A program made the position numbers and the translations under genes. Below the pieces are notes generated by a model. It did not search any database. It was given only the letters and a program-made list of their open reading frames with translations, and was not told the DNA's origin. From Crocosphaera subtropica ATCC 51142 (GTDB taxonomy: Bacteria; Cyanobacteriota; Cyanobacteriia; Cyanobacteriales; Microcystaceae): a stretch of 32,000 bases of DNA. Every line of letters begins with the position of its first letter. Positions within the stretch are counted from its first letter, which is position 1. Below are positions 9,260 to 17,868 of this stretch, in pieces. The stretch is from NCBI RefSeq assembly GCF_000017845.1, contig NC_010546.1:4290001-4322000 (forward strand), read 5' to 3'.

Positions 9260-9287
9260 CTCTCCCATTACGGGAGAGGCTTTTTTT
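9260..9287 (+). terminator. Rho-independent terminator, possibly bidirectional
   Basis: CTCTCCC (9260-9266), loop ATTAC, GGGAGAG (9272-9278), then GC and T7 (9281-9287). It sits between the convergent genes 8602-9219 (+) and 9299-11119 (-). Confidence 0.7.
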
Positions 9288-9298
9288 GCTATTTTTGA

Positions 9299-11119
9299 TT
9301 ATGATTGTCCATAATCAAAGGTTAAAAATTGGGTTGCTTTTTCTACAGAAAGAGGTTTACTAAAATAGTATCCTTGCATGATTTGACAGTGCAAATGATG
9401 TAACGTATTCAGTTGTTGTTCAGTTTCTACGCCTTCGGCGACGACTCTCATCTCAAAACTGTTTCCTAGAAAAATTAGGGCAGCAATTAATGTGGTGTTT
9501 TCAGGGTTTTCTTTTATATTTTTAATTAAAGACACATCAATTTTTATTGTATCAAAGGGCATTTGATGCAAATGATTAACCGCAGCATAACCAATACCAA
9601 AATCATCTAAACAAACCCTAACGCCTAACTTTTTCAATTCTCTTGAAACTTCATAAGCTAGTTTAATATCTTTAAGGATAATTGATTCAGTAATTTCTAA
9701 TTCCAACCATTGTGGATCAAGTCCTGTAGATGTTAACACTTCATCAATAAGATCGACTAATTGAGGATGATGAAATTGGGCTATAGATAAATTGACAGAC
9801 ACTACCACTGAAGATAACTTATTCATCTGCCATATTTTATTGTGTGTACAAGCTTTTTCTAAAATCCAACGAGTTAATGGCACAACTAATTCTGTTTTTT
9901 CTGCCCAAGGTAAAAATTGTTGAGGGGGAATTAAGCCATATTTGGGATGTTTCCAGCGAATAAAGGCTTCCATCGCTTCTATTTTTTTAGCATTGGTATT
10001 GAATTGAGGTTGATAATATAAACATAATTCTTCTTTGGTTAATGCTTCATAAAGTCGCTTTTCGATTTGTGATAATGGAGGATTTGTTTGGTTTAGGTTT
10101 TCCGGGAGAAGGTTATGATTACCTGTTTTTTTATGATTAATTAGTTGGGTTTCTGCATAATTTAAAAGTTCTTGAGGAACTTGTCCATTTTTAGGATAAG
10201 TTGCTATTCCTAAATAAGTGACTAGGACTTGGGTATTTTCTTCAACGATAAAGGGGGATTTTAGTTCTTTAATAATCCGTTGAGTGATTTTATATAAATT
10301 GTCTGCTTCTTTAATATGAGGTAATAAAATAGCAAATTCATCCCCTCCCCAACGAGATACAATATCTCCTGTTCGGATACAATTTTTTAAACGTTGGGCG
10401 ATCACTTGTAAAAAATAATCTCCAATTCTATAACCAAACTTATCATTAATTTGGCTAAAATGTTCAATATCTATCAACAAAACTGCTAAACAATGATTAT
10501 GTCTTTTGGCATTCGTTACGGCAATGGAAATATATTCATTAAAAAGAATACGATTGGGTAATTCGGTCACTGGATCAAGATAAGATTCTTCTGGAAAGGT
10601 ATCATCGTTACCTAAATCGTTAAGGGAAGGACTTTGTAAGATATAAGTAGATTGTTGATTGGGATTACCTAAATATAAGGTTGGTGCTTGATTAATAGCT
10701 TGAGGAGCAGATTGTTCTATTTTTTTACTAATTTGTTTATCAATAAAACTTTCTGAAATTTGAGCAGGAAAAATGGTATGATAACTCCCATTGACTTCAC
10801 AACCAAAATTAATTAAATCCCCATCTTTGAGTTCATGGATTGTACATTTTTCTCCATTAACAAAAATCCCATTTTGACTCTTTTTTCCGTCTAAATCTCC
10901 GTCTAAAATCCAAAAAGCATCTTGATTTGTTTTGCGATTAAATTTTCTAATTAAAGTGGCGTGTTGGCGAGAAACTTGTTTAGAATAAATAATAATAGAA
11001 TTACTAGAATGTCGTCCTAAAGAGTATTTAGACTTTTCTAAGGAAATCGTTCGACGGGAGTTGCTATCTTCAAGAACCAAGATATAACGATGATTGGTGT
11101 TTTTTTTGGTGTCATTCAT
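9299..11119 (-). CDS. FHA-GGDEF-EAL protein (c-di-GMP synthase/phosphodiesterase with phosphothreonine-binding domain)
   Basis: 606 aa. FHA: YSLGRHSSNSIIIYSKQVSRQHATL...KSQNGIFVNG. GGDEF: I-site RTGD five residues before RWGGDEFAILL. EAL domain: EAF in place of EAL (MEAFIRW), with ELEITES, DDFGIGYAA, EGVET and QGYYFSKP. Confidence 0.9.
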   Translation of the reverse strand: MNDTKKNTNHRYILVLEDSNSRRTISLEKSKYSLGRHSSNSIIIYSKQVSRQHATLIRKFNRKTNQDAFWILDGDLDGKKSQNGIFVNGEKCTIHELKDGDLINFGCEVNGSYHTIFPAQISESFIDKQISKKIEQSAPQAINQAPTLYLGNPNQQSTYILQSPSLNDLGNDDTFPEESYLDPVTELPNRILFNEYISIAVTNAKRHNHCLAVLLIDIEHFSQINDKFGYRIGDYFLQVIAQRLKNCIRTGDIVSRWGGDEFAILLPHIKEADNLYKITQRIIKELKSPFIVEENTQVLVTYLGIATYPKNGQVPQELLNYAETQLINHKKTGNHNLLPENLNQTNPPLSQIEKRLYEALTKEELCLYYQPQFNTNAKKIEAMEAFIRWKHPKYGLIPPQQFLPWAEKTELVVPLTRWILEKACTHNKIWQMNKLSSVVVSVNLSIAQFHHPQLVDLIDEVLTSTGLDPQWLELEITESIILKDIKLAYEVSRELKKLGVRVCLDDFGIGYAAVNHLHQMPFDTIKIDVSLIKNIKENPENTTLIAALIFLGNSFEMRVVAEGVETEQQLNTLHHLHCQIMQGYYFSKPLSVEKATQFLTFDYGQS

Positions 11120-11175
11120 GGTTGAATCATCCCTACTTTAATTTGAGTTTAACGTTTATTGTTATCCTTCAATCT

Positions 11176-13275
11176 TTACACCTGACTTAAAAATGTAGTG
11201 GCATCAGCAGGTTTTAGGGGACGACTAAACCAAAATCCTTGAATTTCCTGACAATGCAATCTTTGTAAAAATTCTAATTGTTGTAAGGTTTCTACTCCCT
11301 CGGCGATGACCCTAAGATCGAAGCTTTTTCCTAGGCCAATTATAGCAGAAATGATGGCCGTATTTGCAGGATTATTTTGTAAAGTTTGGATAAAAGATTG
11401 ATCAATTTTTAGGGTAGTGATAGGAAATTTTTGTAAATAGGCCAACGAACAATAGCCGGTTCCAAAATCATCTAAGGAAATTTGTACCCCTATATCTCTT
11501 AATTTTTGTAAGGTTTCTTGGGAAAAATCAATATTTTCCATCATGGCCGTTTCCGTGATTTCTAAGTCTAACAAATGGGGGTCTAATTCTGTTTCTTCTA
11601 AAACTTGAGTAACGATATTAACTAAGTTGGGTTGTTGAAATTGTTTTGTAGATAAATTAACCGCAATAGGAATAGCTGGTAAGCCTTGTTTTTGCCAAGC
11701 TTTATTTTGTTGGCAAGCTGTTTTCAATACCCATAAACTAATCGGAATAATCAAGTCTGTTTTTTCAGCTAAAGGAATTAATCTAAGAGGAGAAACCTGG
11801 CCTAATTCTGGATGATACCATCGCAAAAGAGCCTCCATTCCACTAATTTTATTATTAGTCAATCTTAATTGAGGTTGATAATCTAAAGAAAAGGCTTCTT
11901 CTTCTAAAGCTTTATATAAAAGATTTTCTAACTTTAATAATAAAGAGGCCTTAGAAGTCATTGTTGACCGATAAAAACGGTAATGATTTTTACCTCGTTC
12001 TTTAGCCCGATAAAGGGCTGCATCAGCGTTTTTTAATAAAGTTTCTGTGTCCTCTCCATCTTGAGGATAAATAGCAATTCCAATACTGGTTTTAATATAT
12101 AATTGATGCCCAGAAACTTCAAAAGGTTGTTTAAGATCATCTAGAATCCGTTGTGCTAAATTAATGGTATCTTCTGGCGTATTAATTTGAGGTAATAATA
12201 AGGTAAATTCATCCCCTCCCCAACGAGAGACAACATCGTTATTTCGGACACAGGAACTTAATCGTCGAGCAAAACTTTTGAGTAATTGATCCCCGATTTT
12301 ATGACCCAACGTATCATTAACATTTTTAAAAGAATCTAAATCAAGAAAAAGTAATGCCATTAAATGGTTATTTTGCTTCGCTTTAACTAATGCGATTTCT
12401 AACTTTTCATCAAAATAATTCCGATTGGGTAAATCTGTTAATGTATCATAAAAAGCTCGGTATTCTAGATTTTTTTCAGCCTGTTTTCTAGCCGTAATAT
12501 CAAATAAATAACTTCTAATAAGTTGATGTTCTGATAAATAATGAACGTACTGCTCAAAAATATCAGCACCTATCATAACTTCTCTTAATAATAAATTCCC
12601 TTGAATATTCTGAACTTCTGAAAGTAACCCCGCTAAAACAGGATGTTTTAATTTATCTTGTCCAATGGTTTTAAACTTAATACTAGCTGCTGGATTGAGA
12701 TAAGTTAAATTTCCTGAAAAATCAATTTCAATAATTGGATTAGGACTTAGTTCAGGAAAAGAAGCTAATCGAATCAAATCATCGTGATCTCGCTCTTGTA
12801 AACTCTCATCACTAATCAAGGTTGATTTATTATTATCATCAGCCATCATTGTTTCTATCATTGCTTCCTCCTCTTGTTGTAATTGCCCAGGATCAAGAGG
12901 ATTAAATAAATCAATATCTAAGGATGTAGAAATAATATAATAACTAACCTTGGCTTGAGGACCAAAAATAATGACATCACCATGGTTTAAATTATGAGAG
13001 TCTTTTAACTGCCCATTAATTAATAAACCATTGGTACTGCGATGACCTTCTAAATCTCCATCAATAATGCGATAAGAATAACTATCTAATCGGGGGGTTA
13101 GCTTAACTCGTACAATGGTCGCATGGCGACGAGAAACAACTTGCTCATAAATAACAATATCATTACTCGATTCTCGGCCAACACTATAAGTTGCTTCTTC
13201 TAAAGCAACGATACGTCGGGCTTTTTGGTCTTCAATGACAAGAATATGGCGAAAGGATGATAGGGTGTCCATCAC
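11176..13275 (-). CDS. FHA-PAS-GGDEF-EAL protein
   Basis: 699 aa. FHA: YSVGRESSNDIVIYEQVVSRRHATI...RSTNGLLING. PAS-like: SPNPIIEIDFSGNLTYLNPAASIKF...IRSYLFDITARKQAE. GGDEF: RNND I-site plus RWGGDEFTLLL. EAL: MEALLRW, DLEITET, DDFGTGYCS, EGVET, QGFWFSRP. Confidence 0.9.
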   Translation of the reverse strand: MMDTLSSFRHILVIEDQKARRIVALEEATYSVGRESSNDIVIYEQVVSRRHATIVRVKLTPRLDSYSYRIIDGDLEGHRSTNGLLINGQLKDSHNLNHGDVIIFGPQAKVSYYIISTSLDIDLFNPLDPGQLQQEEEAMIETMMADDNNKSTLISDESLQERDHDDLIRLASFPELSPNPIIEIDFSGNLTYLNPAASIKFKTIGQDKLKHPVLAGLLSEVQNIQGNLLLREVMIGADIFEQYVHYLSEHQLIRSYLFDITARKQAEKNLEYRAFYDTLTDLPNRNYFDEKLEIALVKAKQNNHLMALLFLDLDSFKNVNDTLGHKIGDQLLKSFARRLSSCVRNNDVVSRWGGDEFTLLLPQINTPEDTINLAQRILDDLKQPFEVSGHQLYIKTSIGIAIYPQDGEDTETLLKNADAALYRAKERGKNHYRFYRSTMTSKASLLLKLENLLYKALEEEAFSLDYQPQLRLTNNKISGMEALLRWYHPELGQVSPLRLIPLAEKTDLIIPISLWVLKTACQQNKAWQKQGLPAIPIAVNLSTKQFQQPNLVNIVTQVLEETELDPHLLDLEITETAMMENIDFSQETLQKLRDIGVQISLDDFGTGYCSLAYLQKFPITTLKIDQSFIQTLQNNPANTAIISAIIGLGKSFDLRVIAEGVETLQQLEFLQRLHCQEIQGFWFSRPLKPADATTFLSQV

Positions 13276-13342
13276 AGATACATAAACCAGGGCTATTTTT
13301 ATTGTTCCCAGAAGTTTCTAGAAACTAACCATCTATCATCCC

Positions 13343-15895
13343 TCAAGACATAAAGTTTACAGAATCCATATAATTATTCCTAGTAATTTTGCTGAGGAGT
13401 TCTGTCGCTTCTTTGGTCGGTAGGGGACGACTAAACCAATAGCCTTGAATTTCGGTACAATCGAGATCCTCTAGGATTTTTAGTTGGTCAGAGGTTTCTA
13501 CCCCTTCAGCAACAACACGCAGATTAAACCCCTTGCCGATGGCTAAAATAGCAGCAATTAACCCCAATTCCTCTGAGGTTCCCCGTAAGTCTCGGATGAA
13601 GTCTTGATGAAGTTTTAAGGTACGAAAAGAAAATTGTTTAAGATATCCCAAAGAGGAAAAACCACGGCCAAAATCATCCAAAGCAATGCGAACCCCTAAA
13701 TTTTGAAGGTCTTGTAACGTCTTACGGGCTAAATTCAAATTTTGTCGTAACGTTAACTCTGTTAATTCTAATTCTAACCATTGAGGATCAAGACCAGTTT
13801 CATCGAGAATACTCGCTACGACTGTCGCTAAATGGGGTTGTTGAAATTCCCTGGCAGAAAGGTTAACTGTGACAGGAATTGGAGGTAAACCATCTTTTTG
13901 CCAAGATAGATTTTGTTCACAAGCGGTTTTTAACACCCATTTACTCAAATGTAAAATTAAGTTAGTTTTTGCCGCTAACGGTAAGAATTTTTGGGGCATA
14001 ATCATGCCAAAAGCCGGCGTTTCCCAGCGTAATAAGGCTTCCATCCCCACAATTTTTCCTGTTTTATATTGCAGTTGGGGTTGATAGTAAAGAGAAAATT
14101 GTTTTTTTTCTAACGCTTGATGTAGCAAACTTTCTAGCCGTAATAAAAGTTCGGCTTCTGCGGTTAAATGGGGACTATAAAATTGATAATGGTTTCGTCC
14201 CTGTTCTTTAGTTCGATATAAAGCTGTATCGGCATTTTTCAGTAACCCTTCTGCGTTGTCTCCATCTTGAGGATAAATGGCAATACCAATGCTACATTTT
14301 ATTTGCAGACGATGTTCATCTAAGACAAAGGGACGTTGTAAGGTTTCAAAAATACGTTGAGCTAATTTAACGGTATCTTCCGTATTTTTAATCTGAGGTA
14401 ATAATAAAACAAATTCATCACTTCCCCAACGAGTTACGGTATCCCCTGCACGAATACAAGAACTTAATCTTTCTCCAAAACTTTGTAATACTTTATCACC
14501 CAGAGAATGGCCTAACGTATTATTAATATGAGTGAAGGAATCAATATCAATAAATATCACTGCTAATAAATGTTCATGACGTTGGGCATGGGCTAAAGCT
14601 ACCCCTAATTGTTGCTTAAATAATTCTCGATTGGGTAAATTAGTCAGAGGATCATGAAGCAGTTGATATTGTAATTCTTCTTCTGCTTGTTTGCGGTCAC
14701 GAATATCTCTAACAATTAAACATAAAACTTCTTGTCCTTGATAGGTGGTAAGGCTAATTTTACCAGCAACCGCTAGTAATGAACCATTTTGATGACGATG
14801 AAAAGATTCCCTAATAATATAAGGATTTTCTGGGGTTATTTTTTCTAATTGTTCATTAAAAACATCCCGATTTATTTCTAGTAATTGATAAAGATTACAA
14901 CCAATAATTTCAGCACTACTGTACCCTAATAATTTACAATAAGCTTGGTTGGTTTCAATAATATGTTTTGTATCTGGATTAATAACTAAAATTCCCTCTT
15001 GGGTTTGCTCAAAAAAGAAACGGTAGCGATCTTTTCCTGCCGTTAATTTAAGTTCTCTTTTCCGATATTTTGTGATTTCAAATAAATAACTTCTTAAACA
15101 TTCACTTTCTTTTAAATAATGAATATGTTGTTCAAAAAAACTTTGCTCAAATTGCACTTCTCGTATAAAAGAAGTTCCCTCTGTCGACGTTTTATTGCCA
15201 ATGAGATTTTGCAGAACAGGATGAAAAGATTGTAATTTAATTAAGTCAGGAAACTTGATTTTAGCAGCAGCATTAACATAAGTAATTTGTCCTTGAAAAT
15301 CAACTTCTATAATGGGATTGGGATTAGAATCAGCTAAAGAAGTTTGATTTTTCAACAGTTCTGACCCTTTATTTTTTTTCTGGTTACCAAATGCCATCGT
15401 TTTAGGTTGATCATCATCCTCGTCTTCTAAGAAAATTTCATCAAGGGAGGCAAACTGATCAACAGACGGCAAATCATCTAATTCCAATTCCTTATCAACA
15501 AGTTGACTATCCGAGTCTGACTCTTTTAATAAATCAAGTTCAGAGGAATTAGCGATAATATGATAGTTCGCTTGAGATTGATTACCAAAACGAATTAAAT
15601 CCCCTGGGGCTAAATCGTGGGACAGACAATATTTACCGTTAACAGCAATGCCATTGGTACTTCTTTTTCCCTGTACATTCCCATCAATGATACGATAACA
15701 GGGCTGGTCATTCTTTTGATCATCAATCTTCAACAAAGTGGCATGATGACGAGAAACTTGGCGATCGTATAACAAAATATTACTATGGGGATCACGACCG
15801 ATAGAATAGGTATTATCCGTTAAAGGGACAATACGTCGAGATTTTTGATCGGCGATTACTAACAGGTGGCGGACTTCTGAGGCATTACTCATCAC
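13343..15895 (-). CDS. FHA-PAS-PAS-GGDEF(degenerate GSDEF)-EAL protein
   Basis: 850 aa. FHA: YSIGRDPHSNILLYDRQVSRHHATL...RSTNGIAVNG. Acidic linker. PAS-like 1: NPNPIIEVDFQGQITYVNAAAKIKF. PAS 2: RYRFFFEQTQEGILVINPDTKHIIETNQAYCKLLGYSSAEIIG. GGDEF domain has an RAGD I-site and RWGSDEF. EAL: MEALLRW, ELELTEL, DDFGRGFSS, EGVET, QGYWFSRP. Confidence 0.9.
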   Translation of the reverse strand: MMSNASEVRHLLVIADQKSRRIVPLTDNTYSIGRDPHSNILLYDRQVSRHHATLLKIDDQKNDQPCYRIIDGNVQGKRSTNGIAVNGKYCLSHDLAPGDLIRFGNQSQANYHIIANSSELDLLKESDSDSQLVDKELELDDLPSVDQFASLDEIFLEDEDDDQPKTMAFGNQKKNKGSELLKNQTSLADSNPNPIIEVDFQGQITYVNAAAKIKFPDLIKLQSFHPVLQNLIGNKTSTEGTSFIREVQFEQSFFEQHIHYLKESECLRSYLFEITKYRKRELKLTAGKDRYRFFFEQTQEGILVINPDTKHIIETNQAYCKLLGYSSAEIIGCNLYQLLEINRDVFNEQLEKITPENPYIIRESFHRHQNGSLLAVAGKISLTTYQGQEVLCLIVRDIRDRKQAEEELQYQLLHDPLTNLPNRELFKQQLGVALAHAQRHEHLLAVIFIDIDSFTHINNTLGHSLGDKVLQSFGERLSSCIRAGDTVTRWGSDEFVLLLPQIKNTEDTVKLAQRIFETLQRPFVLDEHRLQIKCSIGIAIYPQDGDNAEGLLKNADTALYRTKEQGRNHYQFYSPHLTAEAELLLRLESLLHQALEKKQFSLYYQPQLQYKTGKIVGMEALLRWETPAFGMIMPQKFLPLAAKTNLILHLSKWVLKTACEQNLSWQKDGLPPIPVTVNLSAREFQQPHLATVVASILDETGLDPQWLELELTELTLRQNLNLARKTLQDLQNLGVRIALDDFGRGFSSLGYLKQFSFRTLKLHQDFIRDLRGTSEELGLIAAILAIGKGFNLRVVAEGVETSDQLKILEDLDCTEIQGYWFSRPLPTKEATELLSKITRNNYMDSVNFMS

Positions 15896-16060
15896 AGTTT
15901 ATCGAGAGTAAAGTTTATATTTATAACATTCCCGAAAACCTCAGTAAAATTAACATAATTCTCAAGAAGGTGTTTTTCAATCTCTTTGACCGAGAAGAAA
16001 GACCATAAAGGTTAAGCGTATAATGACAAGAACATTATCTATCTGTGGGGAGGACATTCT

Positions 16061-16813
16061 ATGAATTCAACTCAAAGCGATCTCAAAGAGAACCGCTTCG
16101 CGGTGCGCCAAATCCCAAAACACGTTGATAAAATCTCCTTTGGAATCGCAAGTGTCTACTTCTTATTAGTATTAATGTGGGTATTTACTGAAATATCTGA
16201 CCAGGAAAAAGAAAAATCTCAAAAAGTCACTCCATCTGCTGCTGATGCTCAATTTATCGCTTATCTACAACAGTCTTTAAATGTTCTTAACCAACCAGCA
16301 ACGGAAAAAACCTTAGTTAATCCCGAAGATAAACAATCCTCTACCGTAGCGATTAATCCCCCTTCCCCTCCTACCCAACAAAAGGTAATAGAACGGGTTT
16401 ATGTGCCAATGTACCCGCCCAATCAGTCCAATTCAGCCCCTTCTAGCCTACAACCCCCTTCCCCTTCGAGCAATAGCAATAATAATCTTCCTCCCGCCCC
16501 TCCTTTTCCTGCTGCTACGTCTAAACCTTCGAGTGTTCCTGTGTTAACCCCCAACCAAAACACCTTTTCCGTTTCCCCAGACATTGCAGCTAATAGTCAA
16601 CTGCCCCAAGATGCCGGCCATCAGTTAGTTGGAGTTTTGGAGTCAGGACAACAATCAACCGCTATTTTTACGTTTAATGGGATTAGTCGACGCTTTGAAA
16701 TTGGAGAAGCAGTAGGCAATAGTGGGGGTATTCTCATGGGAGTGCAAAATCAAAAAGCCATTGTCTATCACAATGGTCAAACTAAACACATCGAAGTGGG
16801 ACAAGCCTTTTAA
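16061..16813 (+). CDS. Single-pass membrane protein with a Pro/Ser-rich linker and a C-terminal beta-domain (PilP/GspC-like by eye)
   Basis: 250 aa. SD GGGGAGGA upstream, and a TATAAT at 16019-16024. TM: ISFGIASVYFLLVLMWVF. Long P/S/N-rich spacer. C-terminus: LVGVLESGQQSTAIFTFNGISRRFEIGEAVGNSGGILMGVQNQKAIVYHNGQTKHIEVG. Confidence 0.7.
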   Translation: MNSTQSDLKENRFAVRQIPKHVDKISFGIASVYFLLVLMWVFTEISDQEKEKSQKVTPSAADAQFIAYLQQSLNVLNQPATEKTLVNPEDKQSSTVAINPPSPPTQQKVIERVYVPMYPPNQSNSAPSSLQPPSPSSNSNNNLPPAPPFPAATSKPSSVPVLTPNQNTFSVSPDIAANSQLPQDAGHQLVGVLESGQQSTAIFTFNGISRRFEIGEAVGNSGGILMGVQNQKAIVYHNGQTKHIEVGQAF

Positions 16814-16842
16814 CTTAGAGTTTAGAATTTATTAATTGCTGT

Positions 16843-17415
16843 ATGAGTATTTTTGATGATTTCAGTCGCTTTCTAGAAACACGATTAGAGGAATTTTTGA
16901 AAAATAATCCTCATCTAGAATTGCAGGCCCTTTTAGAACAATTGAGAGAACAAGAACAAGAAGCTCTAAAACTAATTATTGAAAAAGAAGGACAAAAAAA
17001 GCGTTTAGAGACTGAAATTCTTTCCTTAGCTGAAGAAATCCAAAGTTGGCATCAACGAGTGGCAAAAGCTCAAGCTGCTGGACGCTTAGATTTAGCCCAA
17101 AGAGCGCAAGAAAGAGAAGCTGCTCTCTTGCGTCAAGGTAATCAATTATGGGGTCAAATGGAAGCAGCTAAACAACAAATTGCTAACGGGAAAACCCTAT
17201 TAACTCAAATTCGACAGCGAAAAGAAGAAATTCAGACCAAAGCAAGGCAGGCTCAAGCTGCTCAAGCTGCTCAAACTCAAGCCAATTATGATACAAAAGG
17301 ATGGAATCAAACCATTAATTATAGTGTCTACAATAAGGCGACTGATCCCCTAGAAGCAGAGTTCCAAAGGTGGGAGTTAGACGATGAGTTAGATCAATTA
17401 AAACGGAATCTTTAA
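16843..17415 (+). CDS. Short PspA/IM30(Vipp1)-like coiled-coil protein
   Basis: 190 aa, starting 29 nt after the previous gene. The N-terminus MSIFDDFSRFLE resembles the PspA/Vipp1 start M-G-(I/L)-F-(D/S)-R. Continuous heptad coiled coil. The C-terminal DDELDQLKRNL resembles the Vipp1 tail DQELDDLRRRL. Family call is by eye only. Confidence 0.6.
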   Translation: MSIFDDFSRFLETRLEEFLKNNPHLELQALLEQLREQEQEALKLIIEKEGQKKRLETEILSLAEEIQSWHQRVAKAQAAGRLDLAQRAQEREAALLRQGNQLWGQMEAAKQQIANGKTLLTQIRQRKEEIQTKARQAQAAQAAQTQANYDTKGWNQTINYSVYNKATDPLEAEFQRWELDDELDQLKRNL

Positions 17416-17526
17416 CCATAGTCTAAAGTGCGTTTTTGATAAGTCAAGAAACCCTGACATTATAAGTAGTACAAACTTTAGTTCTTTAAGTTATAATATA
17501 ATTATGTACACAATCAGGGGAAATTT

Positions 17527-17679
17527 ATGCGAATCAAATCATGGGAATCCCCCCGCAAAATGAATCGGCGTAATGATAAAGGCCGTCTAGCATCAGCAAG
17601 ATTAAGACAGCTAAAAAAACGCAATAAGCAATTAAAACAGGAGCTTAAAAACGCTGCTGTTAATGATTGCAGCCATTAA
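17527..17679 (+). CDS. Possible 50-aa highly basic small protein
   Basis: Below the ORF-track size cutoff. AGGGGA SD-like element 5 nt upstream of the ATG at 17527. MRIKSWESPRKMNRRNDKGRLASARLRQLKKRNKQLKQELKNAAVNDCSH. No homology recognised. Confidence 0.3.
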   Translation: MRIKSWESPRKMNRRNDKGRLASARLRQLKKRNKQLKQELKNAAVNDCSH

Positions 17680-17697
17680 AGAGTTAGGAAACCAAGT

Positions 17698-17868
17698 ATG
17701 AATAGTAAACGACAGATTATCGAATCCATTGAGGAGATTCCCGAACTTATATTAACTGTATTATTAAATTGCATAGAATTAATAGAGAGTCACGAACAGT
17801 ATGAAGTTCCTGACTCTTTATTATTCAGTGACTTTAGTCTTACTGAAGGCTGGTTGACTAAAGATTGA
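17698..17868 (+). CDS. Small antitoxin-like ORF, apparently C-terminally truncated
   Basis: 56 aa: MNSKRQIIESIEEIPELILTVLLNCIELIESHEQYEVPDSLLFSDFSLTEGWLTKD. It matches the pattern of abundant cyanobacterial small antitoxin-type proteins (K..II..IE.IPE..L..VL.FI.. ... SE.SLAKDWL.PEEDEAW) but stops inside the terminal WL..EED.AW motif. No intact partner toxin gene follows. Confidence 0.4.
   Translation: MNSKRQIIESIEEIPELILTVLLNCIELIESHEQYEVPDSLLFSDFSLTEGWLTKD

Noticed and set aside
17231-17290. Short tandem GCTCAAGCT repeats
   Set aside because: They simply encode the QAQAAQAAQTQA low-complexity stretch inside the PspA-like coiled coil. This is not an independent DNA-level feature.
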